From Nitrososphaerota archaeon (GTDB taxonomy: Archaea; Thermoproteota; Nitrososphaeria; Nitrososphaerales; UBA57), in assembly GCA_024860875.1 (NCBI GenBank), contig JACPSZ010000015.1, positions 51,325 to 115,324 of the forward strand: a stretch of DNA of 64,000 bases, read 5' to 3'. Shown one piece after another: positions 1 to 10,217 of the stretch (positions are counted from its first letter, which is position 1; each line of letters begins with the position of its first letter). The translations under genes and the position numbers were made by a program. The notes beneath the pieces are model-generated. The model had not been told where the DNA came from, ran no database searches, and worked only from the letters and a program-made list of their open reading frames with translations.

Positions 1-55
1 CAGAATACAAGACCTCCGGTGCTTTGTACCCTATCCCGAACAGGTTCAGTAGGCC

Positions 56-544
56 CTAAATTTCAGGCCCTATCTTCCTGTACTTCCCAGCGTAGAAGAG
101 CAACGGATCAGACCCTTCTTTGTACCCTAGTTTCTCTACCTGCCCGACAAATATTTCATGATCTCCAGCATTGTATATGGCAACTACCCTGCAGTCCATG
201 AATGCTAAGGCATCCTGAAGAACTGCGGCGCCTGTAACCTCTCTCCTGATCTTAAAATTTTGAAATCTTATGGGCTTCAGTTCGGGCCTTGAAAAGTTGA
301 CTGAAACCTGCTTTTGACTGTCGGTAAGTATGTTCACCGCAAATACTTTGCTCTTCTTCATCAATTCGTAGGATTCTGCCTTCTTGTCGCAGCATACTAG
401 TACTAGAGGAGGATCTAAAGAGACAGAAGTAAAAGCGTTGACCGTCATGCCATGATCGGTCTTGCCGTCTAAAGTCGTTACTATGGTGACCCCTGTAGCA
501 AAGCGGCCAAGCGTCCTGCGGAATTCCATAGGATCTATCGGCAT
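56..544 (-). CDS. Flavin reductase-like FMN-binding protein (HpaC/RutF-type split barrel)
   Basis: 162-aa ORF; FRRTLGRFATGVTIVTT..HGMTVNAFTSVSLDPPLVLVC and GDHEIFVGQV fit the flavin-reductase domain pattern. Confidence 0.8.
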   Translation of the reverse strand: MPIDPMEFRRTLGRFATGVTIVTTLDGKTDHGMTVNAFTSVSLDPPLVLVCCDKKAESYELMKKSKVFAVNILTDSQKQVSVNFSRPELKPIRFQNFKIRREVTGAAVLQDALAFMDCRVVAIYNAGDHEIFVGQVEKLGYKEGSDPLLFYAGKYRKIGPEI

Positions 545-576
545 ATCATCAATGTCTAAAATATGGTGCTTAAGAG

Positions 577-1161
577 CTAGCTGCTCGTATATGGTATGTA
601 GCTGAACCTTCGAGCCATCTTGGCGAACCTGTGGCTCTTCTTCTTGCCCTTATGCGACCCCGCATACAGTGCAGGCGAGTATTTTTTGTACTCCCAATAA
701 TCTTCGAAGTCGTCAATGGCATAAGCTGTTTCGCATCTTGCAACGAAAAAGTCGTGGTCGCCTGTCTTTACAATTTCTAAAACAGTGCATTCTATTACGG
801 CTACCGCTCCTTTGACGGCTTTGCCTTTTATCTTCCTTGCCTTCTCCAGCGATATCCCTGCAATTGAGAGTTTATCATCTCTGTCTTTTGCTGAAATGTC
901 TCCAGAAACAGCAGCTGCTTTTGCCATGTCACTATTTACAATGTTTAGGGTGAAACAGCCTGACTTCTTTACTAGTGTATATGTGAAACTTTTTGGATTT
1001 ATGGCAACACCAAAAAGAGCAGGTTCGAAGGAGAGCGAGCAGTACGATATTACTGGCATTATATCAGCATCATCGTTGAAACTTGCGCTTAGCAGTGCGA
1101 CGACATTTGGGTAGAAGAGCCTGTAAGCCTTTGCTGTGCTGATCTCCTTGCGTTTCATCAT
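577..1161 (-). CDS. Flavin reductase-like domain protein (paralogue of 56-544)
   Basis: 194-aa ORF immediately upstream, same strand; YPNVVALLSA.., GDHDFFVARC resemble the same FMN-binding fold. Confidence 0.6.
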   Translation of the reverse strand: MMKRKEISTAKAYRLFYPNVVALLSASFNDDADIMPVISYCSLSFEPALFGVAINPKSFTYTLVKKSGCFTLNIVNSDMAKAAAVSGDISAKDRDDKLSIAGISLEKARKIKGKAVKGAVAVIECTVLEIVKTGDHDFFVARCETAYAIDDFEDYWEYKKYSPALYAGSHKGKKKSHRFAKMARRFSYIPYTSS

Positions 1162-1454
1162 CTCTGTTGTTATTCTGGATATCTAAAAGTTTGGCTGGAT
1201 AGCACCCTGCATGTGCCCATACTCTCATGTGGTAGTTGTGCATTTGTTGCATCAGCAATAGCTCATCAATGGAAAGATTGGACAGGTGCCTAAATTATTG
1301 TGCTTGGGCGTGTTAGGTGACCCACGCATGCATGACTCCCTCGTATAGGGGGGTACATTGGCCCTGAAGTATAGCTACTGGGAGGGCTTGTAATAAGAAG
1401 CGACAATAGTAAAGGAGTAGAGCACTATGCAATAGAGTACTCAACTCGCACAAA

Positions 1455-2696
1455 CTACAGCTTGATCTTCGATTTTGTAGCTGAAACTACTTCCTCTGCG
1501 AGCCTCTTAAATGGAATGTCCATCTTCTTAGCGAGTTTCCTGAGTTCCTCGTACTCTGGCTTCACGGCAATAATCTGGCCTTTCATATTCCTTGAAACCT
1601 TTACGGAAATGGAGACCCTTTTGCCCTTTAATTGAACTGGTACTGTGATAACTTCCCTATTCGCTATATGCCTTGCTGAGGTTGTTATTCTAACGCCGAG
1701 AGTACCAGTTTCCATCATGAGTTTCTCAGCAATCTCCTCTGCCTTCGCAGCATCGGCAATTACTCTGACAAGATAGCCTGGACGTCCCTTCTTCGCTATT
1801 GTCGGTATTATGGAAACATCTTTTGCCCCTGCATCGATCAATGTTTCAGAGGCATAAGCCAGATGTTCACCAGTAATGTCGTCAAGGTTAGTTTCGAGTA
1901 TCGCAATTTCTTCTAACGGAAGGTGAAAGTAGGGCTCGCCGAGAGTGAGTCTCAGAACATTTGGAATATCAAAATCCTTTGTTCCTGCTCCCAGACCAAC
2001 GCTAAGAGGCTTCATGGAGGGATAGAACTTTACGTTTTCATCTGCAAGGTTTGCTAACATGGCTACACCTGTGGGTGTTGCAATCTCCGCTTCTACGGGC
2101 CCTCCAACTATGGCAAGTTTGTGTTGCCTGGCAATCTCAAGAACTGCAGGTCCCGGATTGGGAACTCTTCCATGCGAAAATGAGAATGTACCTCCGCCTA
2201 CGGCAATAGGTGTTGCAAACACCTTCGTATTTGCAAAAATGCCTAGATCGTCAAGAGCATAAGCTACACCGAGAATATCTACAAGGGTGTCAATGGAGCC
2301 AGCTTCATGGAGGTGAACTTTGCTTGCCTTTTCATCGTGAAGTCTTCCTTCTGCATCGGCGAGTGTCTTCAGTGATTTTGCGGCAAAATTCTTCGCTTCC
2401 TTTGAAAGCGATAATGATGACAGAGTGTCTTGGAGTGCACTGATCATTTCATCCGCTCTTCTTTCATGCACAGTTTCTAAAGCTTCAACGGAAACGTGCT
2501 TGGCCTTGAAGCCATGTTTGACAACATTTTTGACTGAAATTTCCAGCCTGCCGCAGCCCCTTAAATGTTCTTTTGCAGAGAGCATTGCATCAACAGTTGC
2601 CTTCTGATTCGCCCCTAGGTCTATTGCTGCGGCTACGAGCATGTCACCGGCTATCCCTGCAGCCGATGAATCAATGACCAGAACCCTTGACTGCAC
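1455..2696 (-). CDS. larC: LarC-family nickel insertion protein (DUF111)
   Basis: 413-aa ORF; N-terminal VLVIDSSAAGIAGDM and overall length/architecture match LarC/DUF111. Confidence 0.75.
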   Translation of the reverse strand: MQSRVLVIDSSAAGIAGDMLVAAAIDLGANQKATVDAMLSAKEHLRGCGRLEISVKNVVKHGFKAKHVSVEALETVHERRADEMISALQDTLSSLSLSKEAKNFAAKSLKTLADAEGRLHDEKASKVHLHEAGSIDTLVDILGVAYALDDLGIFANTKVFATPIAVGGGTFSFSHGRVPNPGPAVLEIARQHKLAIVGGPVEAEIATPTGVAMLANLADENVKFYPSMKPLSVGLGAGTKDFDIPNVLRLTLGEPYFHLPLEEIAILETNLDDITGEHLAYASETLIDAGAKDVSIIPTIAKKGRPGYLVRVIADAAKAEEIAEKLMMETGTLGVRITTSARHIANREVITVPVQLKGKRVSISVKVSRNMKGQIIAVKPEYEELRKLAKKMDIPFKRLAEEVVSATKSKIKL

Positions 2697-2771
2697 GTTA
2701 TTGGCTAAAAGGAAAGGATATCAAAATAGATTGCGGGTTGGGGTATGATCTACAACTGAATTGTAAGAGAA

Positions 2772-3677
2772 TTACCTAGCAAATAAAGACCTAAAAATCA
2801 AAATTATGTTTCTTTTCCTTTCCATAAGCCTTCTAACAGTATATGCTAACCATTTTCTACCATACGGGATATAATTTGCAACGATAAAACCTTCCTGTAC
2901 GAGCCTGCTCTTCAAACTCTCCCTTACACCCATCAGCATTTGAAATTCAAAATTCCTTTTGTATTGGCTTGAAAGCATCTTAGCCTTTTCTATTAGGCTG
3001 TTGTCATGTGTTGCAATTGCAAAATTGTTTCCCTTTTCAAATAACAATTTCATGAGCTTCGCATAATTCTCCCCTATCTGCTCGTGATGCCCAACCATAA
3101 CATCATTACTTTCTCTGTAAGCTCCCTTGCAAAGCCTAACCTTGCCATCAATTGCCAACAAACTTTCCAGATCCTTTTCGCTTCTCTTCAGGTACGCCTG
3201 AAGCGCAATACCAACATTATCATATCTACTCTTCAATGTTTTGTATAGATCCAATGTTTCCTCCGTGTATTGGGAGCTTTCCATATCTATCCACACGAAT
3301 ATCTTCAACTTCTGCGCTGCGACAAGAAGTTTGACGAAATTTTCTTCGCAGAGCTTCCTGTCTATGCTAATGCCTACTTGACTCGGCTTTACCGATATTG
3401 ATGCTAGTACTTTGTCTTCCGCTATTGCATCAAGAATCTGCAAATATTCGATAACAGCCCTTTCAGTCATCAGAATGCTCTCAGCATGCTCTCCAAGCAA
3501 ATTTATGATGCCCTGAACTCCAATCTTGTTTGATTTCTTAGCCCTTTCAATTGCCTGCTCTAACGTGTCGCCTGCAATCCACTTACTAGCAAATCTCTTC
3601 AGAATCTTTTCAGGCCTCGACTCGTCGCCGTTGAGCATTATTGCATATATGCCGTCTTTGCTAAATAAATGGCCCAA
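2772..3677 (-). CDS. Proline dehydrogenase (monofunctional PRODH barrel)
   Basis: 301-aa ORF; VWIDMESS, VRLCKGAY and FEFQMLMG motifs typical of PutA-type proline dehydrogenase domain. Confidence 0.7.
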   Translation of the reverse strand: MGHLFSKDGIYAIMLNGDESRPEKILKRFASKWIAGDTLEQAIERAKKSNKIGVQGIINLLGEHAESILMTERAVIEYLQILDAIAEDKVLASISVKPSQVGISIDRKLCEENFVKLLVAAQKLKIFVWIDMESSQYTEETLDLYKTLKSRYDNVGIALQAYLKRSEKDLESLLAIDGKVRLCKGAYRESNDVMVGHHEQIGENYAKLMKLLFEKGNNFAIATHDNSLIEKAKMLSSQYKRNFEFQMLMGVRESLKSRLVQEGFIVANYIPYGRKWLAYTVRRLMERKRNIILIFRSLFAR

Positions 3678-3751
3678 GTTTCAGCAATAAAATTTTTATT
3701 GTATGCCAAAGAAATGCCTCTGGAGTCATTCAAAGAACAGAGCGATCTTAT

Positions 3752-5320
3752 TTGGAAAAGTGGAAGACGCTTAGGCACAACGGGGTTGTAGTTCCAGAAT
3801 ATGTTGCTAGAGGACTCTCTATAACTATCAAAGGGAAAAGGGTTCCCCTAAATCCAGAACAGGAGGAAATGGCCTATGCATGGGCAAAGAAGCTCAGCAC
3901 GCCTTACGTTCAAGATCCTGTATTTGTGAATAACTTCCTCAAGGACTTTCTGCAGGTTCTCCCTCCAGAATTTGCCAATGCCAAGATGGAGGAGATAGAC
4001 TTCTCTGAAATAGTGAAGTATCAGGAAGAGGAGAAGATCAGGAACACGCAGCCAGAGGTGAAGAAGCAGCTAGCAGCAGCTAGGAAGGAGAAGAGGCTTG
4101 CTCAAAAAGAAAAATTCGGCTATGCGGAGATGGATAGCGTGAAGACAGAAGTTGCGAATTACATGGTCGAGCCTGCGAGCATATTCATGGGAAGAGGGCA
4201 GCATCCTTTCAGAGGGAAGTGGAAGGCAGGGGCAAAGCCAGAAAACGTCACACTGAATTTAGATGAGAATGCACCAATACCTCCTTGCCCTGTACCCGGA
4301 AGAAAGTGGGGCCGGATTATACACGACAGAAACTCTACGTGGATTGCAAGGTGGATCGACAAGCTAACAGAGAAGGAGAAGTACGTTTGGCTATCTGATG
4401 TGTCTCCAATCAGGCAGAGCAGGGACAAGGCGAAGTACGACAAGGCAAAGGATCTTGAAAAGACGATAGAGAGGGTAAGGAAGTATATCTCCAAAGGAAT
4501 GGAATCAAAAGATCCAAAGGAGCGCAAGATTGCCGTGGTCTGCTACCTGATTGACAAATTGGCTATGAGGGTTGGGGACGAAAAGGACGAGGACGAAGCT
4601 GATACCGTCGGAGCAACCACTTTAAGGGTTGAGCACATCAAGACTACTGTCAAAGCGATAGAGTTCGATTTTCTCGGAAAGGACAGCGTAAGGTGGCAAA
4701 AGACTCTTGAAGTTGACTCGGATAAGAGGATACTTGAGAATTTGAGGGAGTTCTGTGCAGGGAAAAATCCTTCTGACTTGATATTCGACGGCATAACTTC
4801 TGATGCCGTTAATCGCTTCCTCGGCAACTGCTACGAAGGACTTACTGCAAAGGTCTTCAGAACGTTCCACGCTACGAACATAGTAAAGGGCTATCTAATA
4901 TCGCTAAACGGAAAGATAACTCCAGAAGCTTCAAATGAAAAGAAGCTCTACTATGCCAGACACGCCAATTTACAGGCAGCCATAAAGTGCAATCATAAAA
5001 GAACGCCTCCGAAGAACTGGGAGCAAGCTCTACAGAAGAAGGAGGAACGCCTGAAAACTCTTGAATCGCAAACAGGGAAGACCGAGAAAGCTGAGGAGAG
5101 GAGGAAGGAGAGCATGGAAAAGCTGAAACTCAATTTAGAAATCGCAAGGCAGACAAGGGATTACAATCTCAATACTTCTTTAAGGAACTATATCGACCCT
5201 AGAATATACAAATCTTGGGCTGACAGCGTCGGGCTCGACTGGAAGGTTCTTTACACCAAAACTTTGCAGAGGAAGTTCGAGTGGGTCAACCGCTCAAGGC
5301 TGGAATGGGGCTCCCAATAG
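3752..5320 (+). CDS. DNA topoisomerase IB (eukaryote-type)
   Basis: 522-aa ORF with TTG start; WKTLRHNGV N-terminus, TVGATTLRVEHI, FLGKDSVRW, KVFRTFHAT, NHKRT and C-terminal TSLRNYIDPRI (catalytic Tyr box) as in Topo IB. Confidence 0.85.
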   Translation: MEKWKTLRHNGVVVPEYVARGLSITIKGKRVPLNPEQEEMAYAWAKKLSTPYVQDPVFVNNFLKDFLQVLPPEFANAKMEEIDFSEIVKYQEEEKIRNTQPEVKKQLAAARKEKRLAQKEKFGYAEMDSVKTEVANYMVEPASIFMGRGQHPFRGKWKAGAKPENVTLNLDENAPIPPCPVPGRKWGRIIHDRNSTWIARWIDKLTEKEKYVWLSDVSPIRQSRDKAKYDKAKDLEKTIERVRKYISKGMESKDPKERKIAVVCYLIDKLAMRVGDEKDEDEADTVGATTLRVEHIKTTVKAIEFDFLGKDSVRWQKTLEVDSDKRILENLREFCAGKNPSDLIFDGITSDAVNRFLGNCYEGLTAKVFRTFHATNIVKGYLISLNGKITPEASNEKKLYYARHANLQAAIKCNHKRTPPKNWEQALQKKEERLKTLESQTGKTEKAEERRKESMEKLKLNLEIARQTRDYNLNTSLRNYIDPRIYKSWADSVGLDWKVLYTKTLQRKFEWVNRSRLEWGSQ

Positions 5321-5541
5321 AATCCAAATAGATCAACACCTTTCTAAACAGCGTTAAAAGTTGGAGTATTCGTAAAGCCTAACTACGATCCTGCAAAGCT
5401 TGTCTTTGACAGGAGGGCTACCAAGATCAACACTGCAAATTTACCTTTGATGCTTAGCCTTCCAGACAGGAGCACGATTGAACAACAAAATAAACAAAAA
5501 AAGGTTTTACATATAGTCTCCTGAACCATCGGGAGAGGCAA

Positions 5542-5928
5542 ATGATCAAAGTCAGCGACGCTATGGTGAAGAAGGTTCTCACAATAGATAGCGATGAGAG
5601 CATAGAAGAAGCGATCAAGATTATGGGCAAGAAGCATGTAGGAAGCCTAATAGTGACGAAGAAGGGTAAGCCGGTTGCACTGTTTACGGAAAGAGACTTG
5701 TTGACAAGGGTTCTCGGGAAGGGAGTTTCGACAAAAAAGAAAGTCGGCAAATATTCCTCCTCTCCTCTAACCGTGATCAGTCCAGAAATGGATCTTAAGG
5801 ATGCTGCTAGAGCCATGGCTCAGCTCAAAATAAGAAGGTTGCCGGTTTTGAAAAATGGAAAGCTTGTTGGGGTAATAACTTCTGCTGACATTGTGAAGGC
5901 AATTGCGGAGGCTCCGCTTTCCATTTAG
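5542..5928 (+). CDS. CBS-pair domain protein
   Basis: 128-aa ORF with two CBS repeats (VLTIDSDESIEEAIKIM.. and RRLPVLKNGKLVGVITSADIV). Confidence 0.8.
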   Translation: MIKVSDAMVKKVLTIDSDESIEEAIKIMGKKHVGSLIVTKKGKPVALFTERDLLTRVLGKGVSTKKKVGKYSSSPLTVISPEMDLKDAARAMAQLKIRRLPVLKNGKLVGVITSADIVKAIAEAPLSI

Positions 5929-5930
5929 AG

Positions 5931-6152
5931 TTGATTGCTATGTCAGAGCAGGAAAGAAGGCAGAGAAGGGCAGAAAACAGATGCGTTGAATGCGGAAGAA
6001 TGATTGATCCTTCAGAAAGAGACTGGAGGAAGTGCTACATGTGTGGAGACCCGATATGCATAGAGCACTCTTACTACATCAAGGCTAAGGTCAAAGGATT
6101 GTATGATTACTACTATGATACAGTAAGGGTCTGCAAGAGGGACAAGATCTAA
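5931..6152 (+). CDS. Small zinc-ribbon protein (two CxxC pairs)
   Basis: 73-aa ORF; CVECG...CYMCGDPIC; tightly packed between CBS gene and gdh. Confidence 0.4.
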   Translation: MIAMSEQERRQRRAENRCVECGRMIDPSERDWRKCYMCGDPICIEHSYYIKAKVKGLYDYYYDTVRVCKRDKI

Positions 6153-6164
6153 GGGTCTCGCCTG

Positions 6165-7415
6165 ATGGCCGAGAACTCGGAAATTTACGAATCTGCAATA
6201 AAACAGCTTGAAGATGTAGCAAAAATTCTCAAGCTCGACGAAGAGCTTGTGGAGTTCTTAAAATATCCCCGGAAGGTAATCCAAGTGGCAGTCCCCGTCA
6301 AGATGGACAATGGAAAGATCAGAGTCTTTACTGGCTACAGGGTTCAGCACAACTTTGCAAGAGGGCCTTACAAGGGAGGAATCAGGTATCATCCAGACGT
6401 TTCTCTTGACGATGTCAAGGCTCTTGCGATGCTGATGACATGGAAATGTGCAGTGTTAAACATACCTTTTGGAGGGGCTAAAGGAGGAGTTGCATGTCCG
6501 ATCAAGGAGTTTTCTATTGGTGAAAAAGAGCGGTTGACGAGGAGGTTCACGGCTATGCTTGCAGATGATATAGGGCCTGACAAGGACATCCCCGCTCCCG
6601 ACATGTACACAGATGCGCAAACTATGGCTTGGATTATGGATACCTATAGCACTCTCAAAGGGTATATGGCTCCTGCAGTTGTTACAGGGAAACCTCTTGA
6701 ATGCGGAGGTTCTCCCGGTAGAAATGCTGCTACTGGCTACAGCGTTGCAATTTGTGCTGTCGAAGCTCTTAAGCATGGCAGGATAAAATTGACAGGCTCT
6801 ACTGTTGCTGTGCAGGGCTTTGGAAATGTTGGTTATCATGCTGCTGCAATAATGTCGACCCTTGGCTCGAAGGTTGTTGCTGTCAGTGATTCAAAAGGAG
6901 GGATTTACTCTAGCGATGGGCTTGACATTGAGGCAGTTTCTAAATACAAAGAGGATGCTGGTTCTGTTCAGGGTTTTAAAGGATCAAAGGCGATAACGAA
7001 TGAAGAACTGCTTGCTCTGAAATGTGATGCCCTGCTTCCTTGTGCGATGGAAAATCAGCTTACCAGGAAAAATGCTTCCAATGTCAAAGCGAGCATAATC
7101 AGCGAAGGTGCCAATAGTCCGACGACTCCCGGTGCTGATGCTATTCTCGACAAGAACAATATCTTCGTAGTTCCCGACATACTTGCCAATGCTGGAGGAG
7201 TCACAGTGAGTTATTACGAATGGGTGCAGAACCAGCAGAGAGAGGGCTGGACTGAAAGGGACATACACGAGAAACTCGAGCAGAAGATGGTTGCAGCCTT
7301 TAACGATGTTCTGGAGATTTCAAAGAAGTATAATGTCAACATGAGGAAGGGTGCGTACATACTTGCAGTTGGCAGGGTTGCAGATGCGATGAAGAAACTA
7401 GGCCTGTTCCCCTGA
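6165..7415 (+). CDS. gdhA: Glutamate dehydrogenase
   Basis: 416-aa ORF; KGGIRYHP, PFGGAKGG, VQGFGNVG Rossmann motif, GANSPTTP; classic Glu/Leu/Phe/Val dehydrogenase. Confidence 0.9.
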   Translation: MAENSEIYESAIKQLEDVAKILKLDEELVEFLKYPRKVIQVAVPVKMDNGKIRVFTGYRVQHNFARGPYKGGIRYHPDVSLDDVKALAMLMTWKCAVLNIPFGGAKGGVACPIKEFSIGEKERLTRRFTAMLADDIGPDKDIPAPDMYTDAQTMAWIMDTYSTLKGYMAPAVVTGKPLECGGSPGRNAATGYSVAICAVEALKHGRIKLTGSTVAVQGFGNVGYHAAAIMSTLGSKVVAVSDSKGGIYSSDGLDIEAVSKYKEDAGSVQGFKGSKAITNEELLALKCDALLPCAMENQLTRKNASNVKASIISEGANSPTTPGADAILDKNNIFVVPDILANAGGVTVSYYEWVQNQQREGWTERDIHEKLEQKMVAAFNDVLEISKKYNVNMRKGAYILAVGRVADAMKKLGLFP

Positions 7416-7465
7416 TAACAACATATTAATCCAGAATTTTATGGCGTTCACGTAAAGGTCTTCAG

Positions 7466-10189
7466 ATGTCCCAAGAGAACTGGCATAGCAAAACAGCAGA
7501 GGAAACTCTCAAAATTCTAAACGCTGACAAGGATCTAGGACTATCTGAAGAAGAGGCAAAATCACGTTTAGCGACTTACGGAGCAAACGAGCTAGTTGCA
7601 CAGAAGAAAACCTCTGCAGTCCAAATCTTTGTCAAGCAATTCAAGAATCTGCTACTAGCGATACTGCTTGGCGCAACGGTAATCTCTGCAGCACTCGGGG
7701 AAACTGTCGATGCCATTGTTATTGGCATAATCGTAGTATTCGTCGTAATTTTGGGCTTTGTCCAAGAATACAGGGCGGAATCGACGCTCGACGCTCTGAA
7801 GAAGATGCTGAGCCCTACATGCACCGTAATAAGAGATGGCAAGCAGAAGGAAGTTGCCGTTAAAGAAATCGTACCTGGAGATATAATTGTCCTTGAAGCT
7901 GGAGATAAAATCCCTGCCGATTCCCGAATTATCGAATCAGCAAACCTGCAGGTCAATGAAGCCCCTCTAACAGGAGAATCCGTTCCCGTAAGCAAAACTG
8001 CGAAAGCTCTTGCAGAAGGCGCGCTGCTGGCAGACAGGACGAACATGGTATTTTCTGGAACTACCATAACGTACGGAAGAGGAAGGGCTGTAGTTACAGC
8101 GTCAGGAATGCGGACGGAGTTCGGCAAGATTGCAAAGGAGGTTACGGAGGTTAGCGCTGAAGACACTCCTCTCGAAAGGAGGATGAGCGAGATCGGCAGG
8201 AAATTGGGGATGCTTGCTCTCGTAGTAATACTTGTGATTGCCGTAGTCGAAGTTGGGGAAGAGTACCTTACAATTGGAGCAATAAGGCTAGACTTTTTCT
8301 TCAAAGTCCTGCTCTTTGGAATTTCTCTCGCCGTGGCATCGGTTCCAGAAGCCCTTCCAGCTATAGTGACTGGAAGTTTAGCCATAGGCATGTACATCAT
8401 GGCAAAGAAAAATGCATTGATCAGAAAGATGCCCGCCGTAGAAACTTTAGGCTCGACGCAGATAATCTGTTCAGACAAGACGGGGACACTAACAAAGGGA
8501 GAGATGACGGTAAGGGAAGTCTTCGCTTCTGGGAAGACGTTCCTTGTAAGCGGTGCAGGATACGAACCTAAAGGCGATATTGTCAGTGCCGGGAAGCAGA
8601 TTGCAAAGGATGCAGAGCTGGAGAATCTAGCGATAGCGTCGATCCTCTGCAACGACTCGAAACTTCAGCAGGAGGGAGCAAAGTGGACTGTTACGGGAGA
8701 CCCTACGGAGGGGGCGCTTGTCGTGCTTGCAGAAAAGATGAATTTGGATGTTGAAAAAATCAAAGCAGAAAACCCGCGCACTACAGAAGTTCCCTTCAGC
8801 TCGGAAAGGAAGAGGATGACCACGGTTCATGGCAGCAAGAATTCCAAAATAGCTTACATGAAGGGCGCTCCAGAAGTAATCCTCTCGCTGTGCAGTTTTA
8901 TTTCGGAAAAAGGGAAGGCTAAGAAGCTGAGCCAAGAGGACAGGAAGCGTATAGTTGCTGTCAATGACGGGATGGCGAGCAAGGCTCTAAGGGTTCTTGC
9001 CATAGCAGAAAGGAAAATACAAAACGTGGATGCTGGGCCTGAAAAATTAGAGAAAGAATTCACTTTTCTGGGCTTGGTAGGGATGATAGACCCTCCTAGA
9101 ATCGAAGCCACGCAAGCTGTGCAGATGGCAAGCCAAGTTGGAATGAAGACCCTAATGATTACTGGAGACCACAAGATTACTGCGATGGCGATAGCCAAGG
9201 AGATGGGCATCTACAAAGAAGGCGATCTTGTCTTAACGGGCGAGGAGCTTTCAAAGATCGATGATGCAGAATTTGAAAAATCAATAGAGAAAATCAGCAC
9301 CTACGCAAGGGTTTCTCCATCTGACAAGCTGCGAATTGTTGAAATGTGGAAGAAGAAGGGCAGGGTTGTCGCCATGACAGGCGATGGAGTCAACGATGCA
9401 CCTGCATTGAAAAAATCTGATATTGGGATTGCAATGGGCATTAGTGGGACTGATGTCACAAAGGAAGCTGCTGATATGGTTCTTGCAGATGACAACTTTG
9501 CAACTATCGTCAAGGCAATAGAACTTGGAAGGTGGATTTATGATAATATCAAGAAGTATCTTGCTTACCTTCTTCAAGCTAATCTTGTCGAAATAGTTGT
9601 CATGAGCCTTGGGGCCCTTGTATTCTTGAGGCTCTTTGGCTATACTGGCGAAGCCTCTCTCCCGTTGCTACCTGTGCACATACTTTACATCAATTTGGCA
9701 ACTGATGGCCTTCCTGCACTGGCTCTGGGTTTCAGTCCTCCCGATCCTGATTTGATGAGGAGACCTCCAAGACCGAAGAACGAACCTGTCTTCACAAAAG
9801 AAATCAAACTGTTCTTGCTAAGGGCGATAATAATAGAGACTCCTATTCTGCTTGCAGGGTTCATAAGCGCTCTTCCTGACGGACTAGATCAAGCAAGGAC
9901 AAGATTGTTCCTGATGTTCGTCGCCGTCGAACTGGTTTTGGCACTAAATTGTAGGTCGTTGAGATTTACAGTCTTCAAGGTAAGGCCGCACAAATGGCTA
10001 GTTTTGTCTGTGGTATGGGAAATTGTGCTTATCGGAATACTTCTCAGCATACCGTTTACTAGGGAGGCGATGCGTGTCCTTATTCCTACTATGGCTGACA
10101 TTTTGTGGGTAGCTGCAGGAGCATCGATAACATTCGCAAGCGTGGAAGTTATGAAGCACCTCATTCCTATTGGGAAGAATTCTGCTTAA
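7466..10189 (+). CDS. Cation-transporting P-type ATPase (type II, Ca2+/cation-like)
   Basis: 907-aa ORF; TGES, ICSDKTGTLT, MITGDH, TGDGVNDAPALK motifs and multi-TM C-terminus. Confidence 0.9.
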   Translation: MSQENWHSKTAEETLKILNADKDLGLSEEEAKSRLATYGANELVAQKKTSAVQIFVKQFKNLLLAILLGATVISAALGETVDAIVIGIIVVFVVILGFVQEYRAESTLDALKKMLSPTCTVIRDGKQKEVAVKEIVPGDIIVLEAGDKIPADSRIIESANLQVNEAPLTGESVPVSKTAKALAEGALLADRTNMVFSGTTITYGRGRAVVTASGMRTEFGKIAKEVTEVSAEDTPLERRMSEIGRKLGMLALVVILVIAVVEVGEEYLTIGAIRLDFFFKVLLFGISLAVASVPEALPAIVTGSLAIGMYIMAKKNALIRKMPAVETLGSTQIICSDKTGTLTKGEMTVREVFASGKTFLVSGAGYEPKGDIVSAGKQIAKDAELENLAIASILCNDSKLQQEGAKWTVTGDPTEGALVVLAEKMNLDVEKIKAENPRTTEVPFSSERKRMTTVHGSKNSKIAYMKGAPEVILSLCSFISEKGKAKKLSQEDRKRIVAVNDGMASKALRVLAIAERKIQNVDAGPEKLEKEFTFLGLVGMIDPPRIEATQAVQMASQVGMKTLMITGDHKITAMAIAKEMGIYKEGDLVLTGEELSKIDDAEFEKSIEKISTYARVSPSDKLRIVEMWKKKGRVVAMTGDGVNDAPALKKSDIGIAMGISGTDVTKEAADMVLADDNFATIVKAIELGRWIYDNIKKYLAYLLQANLVEIVVMSLGALVFLRLFGYTGEASLPLLPVHILYINLATDGLPALALGFSPPDPDLMRRPPRPKNEPVFTKEIKLFLLRAIIIETPILLAGFISALPDGLDQARTRLFLMFVAVELVLALNCRSLRFTVFKVRPHKWLVLSVVWEIVLIGILLSIPFTREAMRVLIPTMADILWVAAGASITFASVEVMKHLIPIGKNSA

Positions 10190-10217
10190 ATAGGCTGAAT
10201 TTCTGTTAATTGCAAGG

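Noticed and set aside
5383-5816. 84-aa and 120-aa minus-strand ORFs across the topoIB/CBS intergenic region and CBS gene
   Set aside because: They overlap the well-supported CBS gene antisense, and their sequences are hydrophobic and low-complexity without motifs.
7576-8652. 358-aa minus-strand ORF (plus several 70-120-aa ones) inside the P-type ATPase gene
   Set aside because: It lies wholly antisense to a gene with unmistakable P-type ATPase motifs. The translation is Ser/Thr/Ala/Pro-rich low complexity with no motif, which marks it as a typical shadow ORF.
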